DNA from: Candidatus Micrarchaeota archaeon
GTDB taxonomy: Archaea; B1Sed10-29; B47-G15
Reading direction: 5' to 3'
NCBI GenBank assembly: GCA_003660975.1
Contig: QMVG01000005.1
Span: forward strand, 1-64,000
DNA length: 64,000 nucleotides
Position 1 is the first letter of the stretch. Every line of letters begins with the position of its first letter. Shown in pieces: positions 1 through 9,055 of the stretch. The notes below the pieces were generated by a model, which was not told the DNA's origin, did no database searches, and was given only the letters and a program-made list of their open reading frames with translations. Position numbers and translations under genes: made by a program.

Positions 1-579
1 ATGTCTTTTCTTTTTCAAATCTTTAGAAATTTCAAATGAAACAATTCTCATCTGTTGCGTATATCTTTTTTTCATTTTAAAAATAATATACTTTAAAAGT
101 TCATATGCATACTTTTTTTGATTACGTGTACTTTCAATTTTTTCTTCAAGAGTGTTAAGAATTTCAAGAAATGCTTTCTTTACATCTTTTTTCTTTATAT
201 GACCTGGAAAATCCATTGTAAATGGATGTGGCTGTTCGATGCTCCTAGTCAGCCATGCACTTTCTTTCATTGCCCATCTAGGGAAACGTTTTTTCATCCA
301 GGGAGTTATATAATGTGTATCAAACGTTCTTGCAGAATATCCTTTACTATTCCATTCTGGCTTTCCAAAATCAACTTTATGAAATCTGATATCCTGGTTT
401 GAATTTAGAATTTTCTTTACTAAAGATGTTATTAATGCTGTTGCTACTGCCTTTTGTGAATCTATATTTTCAACTATTAAATTTATTCTTTTCCTATTTT
501 CTTTATTAACTTTAAAATTTTCTTCTTCAGCATTGTATATTTTTTCTAATATTTTCCAAACATTTGAGTTATTTGCCAT
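1..579 (-). CDS. probable type II restriction endonuclease, N-terminal 193 aa (runs off the window start; absent from the ORF track)
   Basis: Open frame from ATG 579 (AGGTG upstream) to position 1: MANNSNVWKILEK...GYSARTFDTHYITPW...ESAWLTRSIEQPHPF. It lies 9 nt downstream of a DNA methyltransferase and shares its AT-rich composition. The REase call rests on context and recalled similarity. Confidence 0.65.
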   Translation of the reverse strand, partial: MANNSNVWKILEKIYNAEEENFKVNKENRKRINLIVENIDSQKAVATALITSLVKKILNSNQDIRFHKVDFGKPEWNSKGYSARTFDTHYITPWMKKRFPRWAMKESAWLTRSIEQPHPFTMDFPGHIKKKDVKKAFLEILNTLEEKIESTRNQKKYAYELLKYIIFKMKKRYTQQMRIVSFEISKDLKKKRH

Positions 580-588
580 TTTAACACC

Positions 589-1629
589 TTAAACTATATA
601 CTCCAAAATAGTTTGAATAGTTTTTACTCTTTTTTTAGCATATTCAATATATTTTGGATTAATATCCATCCCAATGTAATATCTTCCAAGTTTCTTTGCT
701 ACAGCTGCAGTAGTTCCACTACCTACAAACGGATCAAGTACTATTCCCTTAGAAGGGGATAACAACTTTATCAGCTCTCCAATAATAAATTCCGGAAAAA
801 TTGCGGGGTGTTTTATACCTTTTATTGTTTCTACCGGGCTTTCAATAACATCTCTCTTTAAATCTTTACCCAAAATACGGATGATTGTGAAACCATTTTT
901 TTCTAATTGTATTTTTCTTCCGCCTTCTTGGCCACCAAAGGGTAACGCATGAATACCCTTTATTTTCATTCTAAATCCAGCAATCTTTCCTTCTTTAACT
1001 TCTCTTATAACTTTATTCAGCTCTTTAATTGCTTTCTTTTTCTGCTCTGGAGTAAGACCACTTTTTTCTATAAGTTCAAAATATCGCTCTCCAATTTTGG
1101 AGTTGTTATGATTATTCTTTTTCCTTTTTAAGAGAGAATGTATAGATAAAAAAGAATCTATATCAAAATAATAGTCTTCCGACTTTACAAAATCGAAAAA
1201 CGGTTCTGTAGCACTTACTAATCTTTTCTTATATTGTCTAGGTGTTGGATTTAATTTAACCCACGTTATAACATTAATAAGTTTTAAGTCAGAGAATCTG
1301 TTAAGTACTTCTATTGCAAATCGCCAAGGAACTAAAAGTAAAGAGCCATTTTTATATTTGTCTCCTATATTGAAGACAATATGACCATCTGGTCGTATTA
1401 TTCTTACACATTCCTTAAATACTTTAATTAGATTATCAATATACTCTTCTACTTCCTTTTCATTTCCTATAGCTTCTTTAATTCCATAGTCTCTTTGTTG
1501 AAAATACGGGGGAGAGGTTATTATCATATGTATAGAATCATTTGGAATTTCTTTCAATAATTCAGCACTATCACCTACTAATAATTTGTTCAAAAATTTA
1601 TTTTTCCAACTTATTTCTTTATCTGTCAT
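589..1629 (-). CDS. site-specific DNA methyltransferase, N4-C/N6-A, beta class
   Basis: Catalytic TSPPY precedes the SAM-binding LDPFVGSGTT (beta motif order); HPAIFP also present. Confidence 0.93.
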   Translation of the reverse strand: MTDKEISWKNKFLNKLLVGDSAELLKEIPNDSIHMIITSPPYFQQRDYGIKEAIGNEKEVEEYIDNLIKVFKECVRIIRPDGHIVFNIGDKYKNGSLLLVPWRFAIEVLNRFSDLKLINVITWVKLNPTPRQYKKRLVSATEPFFDFVKSEDYYFDIDSFLSIHSLLKRKKNNHNNSKIGERYFELIEKSGLTPEQKKKAIKELNKVIREVKEGKIAGFRMKIKGIHALPFGGQEGGRKIQLEKNGFTIIRILGKDLKRDVIESPVETIKGIKHPAIFPEFIIGELIKLLSPSKGIVLDPFVGSGTTAAVAKKLGRYYIGMDINPKYIEYAKKRVKTIQTILEYIV

Positions 1630-2039
1630 TTTCTCTCACCTTTCAATTCATCTTCTATCTCAAACTTTTCATGCAAACATTTTATTTCTCCTTTCAGTAA
1701 ACCTCTCAAAAACTCCTTAATTGTTATCTCTTGTCCAACTCTTGCCTGAGGATAAAATGTTATTGGTTTATTATTTTTATTTCCAAAAACGATAAGTTGG
1801 GGATAAAGAGATTTTGATTTTCTCGTTTGTTTAATTTTTATTCTTTTAGCAACAGAAATACCCCATAAAATCTGATATTTTAAGTCATCTTCTCCTTTTT
1901 CATCAATAACAAATTTTTTTACACTAACTTTAAGTTTTGTTTTTACTTCATTTAGTAAATCTTCTATTTCTCTTACTTCATCTGAGTCCTCTAAAGCACG
2001 GGGAATATAAAATTCAAATCTAAGCATTCTTACCACCAT
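1626..2039 (-). CDS. hypothetical protein in the R-M island
   Basis: 137-aa ORF with an ATGA overlap with the MTase start; no family recognised. Confidence 0.65.
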   Translation of the reverse strand: MVVRMLRFEFYIPRALEDSDEVREIEDLLNEVKTKLKVSVKKFVIDEKGEDDLKYQILWGISVAKRIKIKQTRKSKSLYPQLIVFGNKNNKPITFYPQARVGQEITIKEFLRGLLKGEIKCLHEKFEIEDELKGERK

Positions 2040-2205
2040 AAATAATGGTAAGAAATTAATTATTTTTAATTATTTTAAAGTTTACGGTTCTCTAGTACCC
2101 TACCCTATATCACCAACAAGTTTACAGAACTTAGTTTAGAAAGCTTTAAATACCTCTTTATAACCTAATATTTAAAGCTTTCTGTTCTAATTTTGAGGTG
2201 TTTTG

Positions 2206-3699
2206 ATGTTGAAGCATTTGAAAAAGATTTTGAGAAAGAATGGCCGTAGTGTAAAGACTAAAAAAAGCCAGGAAGGGAAGGGTATGAAGAAGAAAACTGT
2301 AAAAAAATCCGAAAAGAAGAAAACAAAAACAAAAGCTGTTAAAGCAAGAAAAAAGAGCAAAACTTCTAAGAAAACAGTTAAGAAAAAAGCTGTTAAGACT
2401 TCTACGAAGAAAACTGTAAAGAAGGTGGTAAAGCGTGCAAGAGGTCGGAAGAGTGTTAAGCGTCAGAGGAAAAAACCTAGTTCTTCTAAGAGGGACAAAA
2501 GCCCTAAAAGAAGGGACAAAACTGTACGACGACCAGCAAAATCAAGTAGGCGTGGTAAAAGAAGTTCTAGGACCCACAAGAGCACCCTACATGTTAGCAA
2601 GAGTAAAGCACCCAAAGAAGCTCTTGGGCAAAAAGTTATACCATTAGAAAGTGAGGCCAAGAAAAAAGAGGAAACTGCGATTGAGATATTGGCAAAGGAG
2701 ACAGTTGCAGAACCCCTAATATCTGAGTCTATTGAAGAATCCATGAAAGAGGAGGCTTTGCCTGTTCCAAAAAGTCCGGAAGCAAAACCCAGCAAAACAA
2801 TAAAGTGTCCTGAATGCGGGTCAACTGATGTTTCAATAGACTATGAGAGAGGAGAGGTTGTTTGCAACAGGTGTGGTTTGGTTATCGAGGAGAACCTTGT
2901 TGACTCTGGCCCTGAATGGAGGGCTTTTGATTCAGACCAAAGGGATAAGAGAGCAAGAACAGGGGCTCCTGTGAAGTTTACAAAGCCAAACAAAGGGCTT
3001 GCCACTGAAATAGACCAGTACAACAGAGACATAAGAGGTGTTAAGATAAGCTCCCAGCAGAGGAGCCATATGTACAGGTTGAGGAAATGGCATAAGCGAA
3101 CATCAATATCCTCCTCAATGGAGAGAAACTTGGCGATTGCCCTGTCAGAGCTTGACAGGATTGCCTCTTACTCAGGCCTCCCTCAGAACGTGAGAGAAGC
3201 AGCAGCCTTGCTATATAGAAAAGCGGTTGAGAAGGGGCTGATAAGGGGCAGGCTTATAGAGAGCGTTGTGGCTGCAGTGATATATACTGTTTGCAGGCAG
3301 TACGGTATTCCGAGGACCTTGGACGAGATCTCTGCTGTTAGTGGAATAAACAAGAAGGAGATAGGAAGGACTTACAGGTTTTTGAAGAGAGACTTGGGAA
3401 TAAAGATGCCTTTAACTGACCCAACGCATTATATTCCAAGGTTTGCAAGTGAGCTAGGTCTGTCAGGCCCTGTGCAGGAAAAGGCCAGAGCTTTGCTTAA
3501 GGAAGCCATAGACAAGGGTCTGATTTCTGGAAGAGGGCCAACAGGCGTGGCAGCAGCTGCAGTTTACATAGCAGGAGTTCTTATGGGTGAGAGGAGAACA
3601 CAAAAAGAAGTGGCAGATGTAGCAGGCGTAACAGAAGTTACCATAAGAAACCGCTACAGGGAGCTAAAGGACAGGTTAGGTCTGGATGTGCCTGCCTAA
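2206..3699 (+). CDS. tfb: transcription initiation factor IIB with ~190-aa basic/acidic N-terminal extension
   Basis: Zn ribbon CPECGS...CNRCG, B-reader GPEWRAF, two cyclin repeats, C-terminal [18 protein letters not shown] at 2195-2200 precedes ATG 2206. A shorter alternative start is ATG 2743. Confidence 0.95.
   Translation: MLKHLKKILRKNGRSVKTKKSQEGKGMKKKTVKKSEKKKTKTKAVKARKKSKTSKKTVKKKAVKTSTKKTVKKVVKRARGRKSVKRQRKKPSSSKRDKSPKRRDKTVRRPAKSSRRGKRSSRTHKSTLHVSKSKAPKEALGQKVIPLESEAKKKEETAIEILAKETVAEPLISESIEESMKEEALPVPKSPEAKPSKTIKCPECGSTDVSIDYERGEVVCNRCGLVIEENLVDSGPEWRAFDSDQRDKRARTGAPVKFTKPNKGLATEIDQYNRDIRGVKISSQQRSHMYRLRKWHKRTSISSSMERNLAIALSELDRIASYSGLPQNVREAAALLYRKAVEKGLIRGRLIESVVAAVIYTVCRQYGIPRTLDEISAVSGINKKEIGRTYRFLKRDLGIKMPLTDPTHYIPRFASELGLSGPVQEKARALLKEAIDKGLISGRGPTGVAAAAVYIAGVLMGERRTQKEVADVAGVTEVTIRNRYRELKDRLGLDVPA
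2435..2647 (+). CDS. gar1: H/ACA RNP subunit Gar1, nested in the +1 frame inside tfb
   Basis: [10 protein letters not shown]...[26 protein letters not shown] matches the archaeal Gar1 pattern (G-x-V-x-D/E-V-x-GP-x-x-x-PY). SD GAAGGTGG precedes the GTG. gar1-tfb is a conserved archaeal gene pair. Confidence 0.88.
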   Translation: MQEVGRVLSVRGKNLVLLRGTKALKEGTKLYDDQQNQVGVVKEVLGPTRAPYMLARVKHPKKLLGKKLYH

Positions 3700-3705
3700 C
3701 CTTCA

Positions 3706-5502
3706 TTACTTCTTTTTCTCAACAGCCATTTGATAGGCATCCAAATAATTCTTTATTAAAATGCTCCAGTCACATTTTTCTGCTAACTGCCTCGCCTCTG
3801 CCTTCTTTTGCAACCTCTCGTCTCTCTCCAAGAAATAAAACCACAGCATTGTTTCATACAGCTCATTTACAACTTCGTTATATGTTTTTTTATCCCTTTT
3901 CAGCACTATTATGCCTGGTTTTTTACTCTGGTCGCTTATTTTTTTCACAAATGCCCCAAATCCTGCAAGGTCTGTTGTTACAGCTAATGCATTTTGAGCA
4001 GCTGTTTCCAATGGAGTATATCCCCATGGCTCGTAATAAGATGGGAACACGCCAAGATGCGAGCCAATGATGACTTCATTGTAGTCCATACCAAGCATGC
4101 CATCTGCTTTTGAAACATATATAGGGTAAAAGACAACCTTCACCTTGTCCTCTGGACCGTTATCAAGGCCGTTTTTTCTGCATGCGTTTAATATAGGGTC
4201 ATTTTTTTCGTTTTCCAAAATATGCGTTGACAGCGGAGCTTTTCCTTCTTTCCTAAATGCCCTGTAGTCCTGCTTGATTGACCTCAAAAAGGTAACATCA
4301 AAGAGGTTATCTGTCTTGGGCATTTTGCCTTTTACCAATGCATCCAAAATCCTTCTTTTTATGTAAGGCAGCTCCTCCACCACCATCTCTTTCATATCCT
4401 CAAAGAAGGACAAGTTTGAAAGCACCTCTATGTCCATGCTCTTAACAGCAGCAGGTATGAAAAGAAAGGCAAATACGTTCTTTTCAGCGTCCATCTCCCT
4501 CAGTTTCTGGTTTAACTTTCCCAAGGCATCGATGAAGACATCTATCCCCTTATTCCTGAATTCATATCTTCCGCTTATGAAAAATATAAGCCCCTTCTCC
4601 ACATCTATGGGATAATACGGATTGAAATAACCTCTTAAGAAGTCCCTTATCTTCTCTCTGTACTCCCTGTGTTTGTTTATCAGCTCCTCTACACTGGGAA
4701 AGGTGCTTATTTCAAGACCGTTAGGAGTTATTACATCTGGAGACTTTCCCAAGATATATTTGGCCTCTCTTGCTGTTATCTCTGAAACAGTTGTGAAGAC
4801 ATCTGCGTTATGGGCACAGGCCTTTTCTGTTAAGTGCTTTGCCTGAGCGTTATATTTTTTTGCCTTTTCATCAGGCATGCTTTCGTTTCTCATAAGACCT
4901 TCATTTACCTCTTTGTAAAGGTCCTCTCCAGACTCCGCGAGAATCCTTCCCATAACAGTGGCGTGTGTTGTGAAGACAGTTGATATGCCAAGCTCTTTCT
5001 TTTTAAGGTAAAGCAGTGCAGCTCCTGACAGCCATTCGTGGAAATGTGCTATCATTTTCTTACTGTCAAAAACAGAAATCAGTTTTTCCAGCAACATACC
5101 TGACGCTGTTGCCCACACTATTGGGTCGTCAAACCAAATGTCTGCTGTGAGGGAGTCAATCTTGTAATCTTCCCAAAGCTTTGCCTTTATCTTGTCCTTC
5201 TGCTTCATGAATCTTGAGTAGTCAACAAGAAAAGCATTTGGATTCCCCTTTACAAGCCATTTCCCATAGTGGATTATTATGCCCTTTTCCTTCATTTCAT
5301 CATATACCCATTTGCTCTTATCTGGAAACGGAAGCTCCCTGAACCATATGGCTGCTTTATTCGGCACATAAGGGCCTATGGCATAGTAACTCCTACCAAA
5401 GCGCTTTATTATTTCAGGAGTCTTTGACTCTATAACGCGGTATATGCCACCTATTTTGTTGCAAACTTCATAGGACAGTTCAAAGAGCATTTTGTCTTCC
5501 AT
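3706..5502 (-). CDS. glycogen synthase, GT3 (eukaryote-type) family
   Basis: FELSYEVCNKIGGIY, HFHEWL, SGRYEFRNKG and FPSYYEPWGYTP are GT3 signatures. Confidence 0.92.
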   Translation of the reverse strand: MEDKMLFELSYEVCNKIGGIYRVIESKTPEIIKRFGRSYYAIGPYVPNKAAIWFRELPFPDKSKWVYDEMKEKGIIIHYGKWLVKGNPNAFLVDYSRFMKQKDKIKAKLWEDYKIDSLTADIWFDDPIVWATASGMLLEKLISVFDSKKMIAHFHEWLSGAALLYLKKKELGISTVFTTHATVMGRILAESGEDLYKEVNEGLMRNESMPDEKAKKYNAQAKHLTEKACAHNADVFTTVSEITAREAKYILGKSPDVITPNGLEISTFPSVEELINKHREYREKIRDFLRGYFNPYYPIDVEKGLIFFISGRYEFRNKGIDVFIDALGKLNQKLREMDAEKNVFAFLFIPAAVKSMDIEVLSNLSFFEDMKEMVVEELPYIKRRILDALVKGKMPKTDNLFDVTFLRSIKQDYRAFRKEGKAPLSTHILENEKNDPILNACRKNGLDNGPEDKVKVVFYPIYVSKADGMLGMDYNEVIIGSHLGVFPSYYEPWGYTPLETAAQNALAVTTDLAGFGAFVKKISDQSKKPGIIVLKRDKKTYNEVVNELYETMLWFYFLERDERLQKKAEARQLAEKCDWSILIKNYLDAYQMAVEKKK

Positions 5503-5555
5503 TTTTTCCCTCCAAGCATATACTAATAAATAACACGTTTAAATAATATATTGCT

Positions 5556-6524
5556 ATGAATGAACTTAGAAAGGACTATTTGCTTGATAGGTGGGTAATT
5601 ATTGCAAAGGACAGGGCAAAAAGGCCCACTGATTTCAAAAAGCCTAAGCATAAGATACCCTCTTCAGCTTCCTGCGTTTTCTGTCCAGGCAGGGAATCTG
5701 AGACAGGCGAGGAAACCTACAGGTACGAGGTTGACGGCAAGTGGATAGTAAGGGTCTTTAAGAACATCTACCCAGCTGCCACAATGGTTGGAGACCCGAG
5801 GATAAATGATGAGGAGAAATTCTTTACTCACGGCATTGCTTATGGTTCTCACGAGGTTTTGGTTGAGACACCAGAGCACGGAAAGAGGTTCAGCGACCTT
5901 TCAGAGATGCAAATAAGGCATGTGCTGGACGCTTTCATAAACAGAATTAATGCCTTGAATGACCTGCCGGGCATAAGATATGTGTCAATCTTCAAGAATC
6001 AGGGCCAGGAAGCAGGCGCCTCCATATTCCATGCCCATTCGCAAATACTTGCGCTGAATGTGACACCGTCCTTCGTAAAGGAGAAAATGCTTATGTGCTA
6101 TGATTACATAATAAAAAACGAGAGCTGCCCTTACTGCGAGATAATTAAGATGGAGGCAGAGGGACCAAGGAAGGTCTTTGAGAACGAGTCAATAATTGCT
6201 TTCACCCCATACGCCTCAAGATTTCCGTTTGAGGTTTGGTTCTTTCCAAAGAGGCACCTGCCCAACCTCAATACCATGTCTGATAAAGAATTAAATGATT
6301 TGGCATCTGCACTGAAAAAAGTTATAGGGAAGTTAGACTCTTTGGGCTACCCCTCATATAATCTTGTTTATTTCAACGCAGAGCCAAAGGGAGAAAACTT
6401 TCACTTTCACATAGAGCTATTACCGCGGCTTTCAAAATGGGCTGGCTTTGAGATGGAGACAGGCATAATAATTAACACTGTTCCTCCTGAGGAAGCAGCC
6501 ATGTTCTACAGGGGAGAAAAGTAA
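5556..6524 (+). CDS. galT: galactose-1-phosphate uridylyltransferase / NDP-hexose nucleotidyltransferase (GalT family)
   Basis: ELRKD, RAKRP, CVFCPG, GASIFHAHSQ (HxH catalytic motif), second CPYC. Confidence 0.9.
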   Translation: MNELRKDYLLDRWVIIAKDRAKRPTDFKKPKHKIPSSASCVFCPGRESETGEETYRYEVDGKWIVRVFKNIYPAATMVGDPRINDEEKFFTHGIAYGSHEVLVETPEHGKRFSDLSEMQIRHVLDAFINRINALNDLPGIRYVSIFKNQGQEAGASIFHAHSQILALNVTPSFVKEKMLMCYDYIIKNESCPYCEIIKMEAEGPRKVFENESIIAFTPYASRFPFEVWFFPKRHLPNLNTMSDKELNDLASALKKVIGKLDSLGYPSYNLVYFNAEPKGENFHFHIELLPRLSKWAGFEMETGIIINTVPPEEAAMFYRGEK

Positions 6525-6998
6525 TTACCACCTTCCAGCTTTCTTTTCCCTCCTCCTGTTTTCTATCCACCTTTGGATTTTCTCCAACATCTCATTCTGC
6601 TTCTCAAAGAGTCTGCTGGCCTCTTCATCATACCTTTCCTTCTTTTTTATGTCTTCCCCCTCTATTGCCTTTCTTGACAGCTTTATTGCTTCTATCTCTC
6701 TCTTCTGAAACTCTATTAGCTCCTCTATCTTTCTTTTCGCGTCTGTTGTTTTTGCAGCATTGGCAAGTTGCCTTAATTTTTCTATGTTCTCTTTCCTCTT
6801 CTCTATTTCGCGTTTATCATAACCGCGTTCAAAGGCCTCCCCCCTTTCAAAAGCTCTCTTGCCCCATTTCTGAACCTCTTCAAAGCTCTTTATCGCCCTG
6901 TCCAGTAATACCCTGTCCTGTGCCGTCTCTTTAACTGCACGTTTTAACTTTTCTCCTAATGTCTTTTCTTTACTTCCTCTAACCATCCCGCGTCTCAT
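6525..6998 (-). CDS. orphan K/E/R-rich helical protein
   Basis: ATG 6998 with GTGAGG SD and an upstream TTTAAATA; highly charged coiled-coil composition. Confidence 0.65.
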   Translation of the reverse strand: MRRGMVRGSKEKTLGEKLKRAVKETAQDRVLLDRAIKSFEEVQKWGKRAFERGEAFERGYDKREIEKRKENIEKLRQLANAAKTTDAKRKIEELIEFQKREIEAIKLSRKAIEGEDIKKKERYDEEASRLFEKQNEMLEKIQRWIENRRREKKAGRW

Positions 6999-7036
6999 AA
7001 GCCTCACAGCTTTTATGTTTCCTAAGTATTTAAACT

Positions 7037-9019
7037 TTATTGCAGAAACACATCGCACCAGTGCGACCAGAGCTGAGCAGGGTTTTTCACAGGCACAGGG
7101 TTTTCAGATTCATGAGTTGGCCTTGGATTATTTCCTATTGGAAGGGAGAAAAGCTCGTGATTATATAATATGCATCCTTCTGACATCTGGTGGTCTATTG
7201 CATTTTCCAGCACTGCGTTTGCCTCATCCTCTCTCCCTATAATCCTGAAGTACTTCACGAGGTATGGAGAATCCCTTGGCCAGATGACACTGTCATGGTA
7301 TTCCCTGTCCCCGTAATATGCTTTTTTGCCCTCTTTCACCAGTACTCCAAAAGGCTGTTTCTTTCTGAACACGAGAATCCTTTTAACACTGGGCCACATC
7401 CTTTTCAAGTCATTGCTTGAGTAGACCAATTTATGCAGCATAACTGCTGAAACAAGGCCCATGCTTGTTATTGTGGGGTCTCTCTTAACATTTAACACCG
7501 CATTGTATGGAAAATTTGTGTTGATGTTATGGAATATCTTTTTATATTTTATAAGAGCACTTGCCAGCATTTTTGAAGCCACTTCTTTCAGCTCAAAGTC
7601 ACCGTATCTCTCTGCTATCTCTGAAATGCCTTTTAGTGATAGTATCCACTGGGCATTTATTTCGGGCAATAGAACATATTGTGGATTTCCCCAATGCTCT
7701 GGAACCCTAGTGCTTCTGCCATCTACAATGGAATCTGTCCATGAGGAAGCTGGATTTGCGTAGAGCAGGCCAGCATCAACATATGGAGCCCCAATCTTCC
7801 TATTTCTCTCGCTGGTGAAGGCATTTAGCAGTATGCGTGCTGACCTGAGCATCAACCTTGCCATCTCATTGCTCCATTTTTTATTTAGCCACTTTGAAAA
7901 TGCAATTAAGTAAAGCAAAACAGCGTCAGTGCTTCCATAATCATTCCCAACAGTTGGAATTAAACCAGTACTTATGTCCTGTACACTTGCGCAGTGTTTG
8001 AGAATCCTTGTGATGCTCCTTCCAGACACTCTGCTTAAAACCTCCATGTTGTTGAGCAGTGCCTCTAAGAGGTCCCTGTACCAAACCTGGTTGAACCAAA
8101 AGTCTCCTGCGTCCATAAGCTCCTCAGGATACTGAAGAAAAGAGCTCAGCGTCATTATTCTCGCAATTAGTTCAGGGCTTCCCTTAAAAGCAGTAGCTAT
8201 CCTCTGCATTCTCAGCCTTAATTTCCTCTCATTTTCCTTATAATGCCTTAAGCAGTAGTCATGGTCCTTTTTTAGCTCAGGAAGAAAACCAGAGCTAATA
8301 ATGATAGTCATGTTTTTTTCGCCCTTAACTGGAAACAGCATCTCAAAAAGAGCAGTAATTTTTCTCTGCTCATGGATAAAACGCGTGCCGTTTTCCTCCT
8401 TCCTAAAGCCGCTCCCCAGCTTGTAATCCCAGTTGATTTCCTCTGCACTGCTCAGAATTTTTACACTGCTCTCTGCATCTGATGAAAAGTATATGCCTTT
8501 ATTCCCCTGATGCACCAGCAGATTTTCTCCGTCAAGTTCAATCTCATAAGCAACGCTGCTTTCTGCGTTCAAATCTCTTATGTCTATGAAAGGCTTTACG
8601 TGGATGAATCTTTTCTTTGAGTCATCTGTTTTGATTTTCAAGTTAAGTAGTAGCGCTGCACTGTTGCTTTTGCTGTTCATCAGAGTGTATCTGCTCCGTA
8701 TTTCAATGCCCTGGCCTTTGTAGACGTAAGTAGCTGCAAACGGTTCTACTATCACATGCTTTGCCACTAGATTCTGAAAGCCTTTTCTTTCGTCAGCAAT
8801 AGCAATGCTGTCCAAAAATTTCCAATTGCTCCTGGGCAAATGTAAGCTAAACCCTTGGTGGTGATAATCCCTATTCGGGGCTATGAACTTTCCCATTTCA
8901 ACAGAAAACAAGCTCTGGCTGAATGAGGCCCTGTCTGTTCTTATCAAAAACTGCTTGTTTCTGGCGTAATCCCAATCTGGGTTTTCCTCAGGGCTGTATA
9001 CCCACACAAATGATTTCAT
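7037..9019 (-). CDS. amylo-alpha-1,6-glucosidase (glycogen debranching enzyme, GH133-like)
   Basis: AGDFWFNQVWYRD, STDAVLLY, SWTDS, EINAQW, YHDSVIWP and NPAQLWS; glycogen-cluster context. Confidence 0.8.
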   Translation of the reverse strand: MKSFVWVYSPEENPDWDYARNKQFLIRTDRASFSQSLFSVEMGKFIAPNRDYHHQGFSLHLPRSNWKFLDSIAIADERKGFQNLVAKHVIVEPFAATYVYKGQGIEIRSRYTLMNSKSNSAALLLNLKIKTDDSKKRFIHVKPFIDIRDLNAESSVAYEIELDGENLLVHQGNKGIYFSSDAESSVKILSSAEEINWDYKLGSGFRKEENGTRFIHEQRKITALFEMLFPVKGEKNMTIIISSGFLPELKKDHDYCLRHYKENERKLRLRMQRIATAFKGSPELIARIMTLSSFLQYPEELMDAGDFWFNQVWYRDLLEALLNNMEVLSRVSGRSITRILKHCASVQDISTGLIPTVGNDYGSTDAVLLYLIAFSKWLNKKWSNEMARLMLRSARILLNAFTSERNRKIGAPYVDAGLLYANPASSWTDSIVDGRSTRVPEHWGNPQYVLLPEINAQWILSLKGISEIAERYGDFELKEVASKMLASALIKYKKIFHNINTNFPYNAVLNVKRDPTITSMGLVSAVMLHKLVYSSNDLKRMWPSVKRILVFRKKQPFGVLVKEGKKAYYGDREYHDSVIWPRDSPYLVKYFRIIGREDEANAVLENAIDHQMSEGCILYNHELFSLPIGNNPRPTHESENPVPVKNPAQLWSHWCDVFLQ

Positions 9020-9055
9020 TGAGAATGATTAGATAGGCATTATTTAAGTGCTTTT

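Noticed and set aside
100-150. Suspected frameshift in the A-runs of the putative REase
   Set aside because: Counting the bases shows the frame stays open to position 1.
118-402. 94-aa plus-strand ORF
   Set aside because: Antisense shadow of the minus-strand ORF at 1-579.
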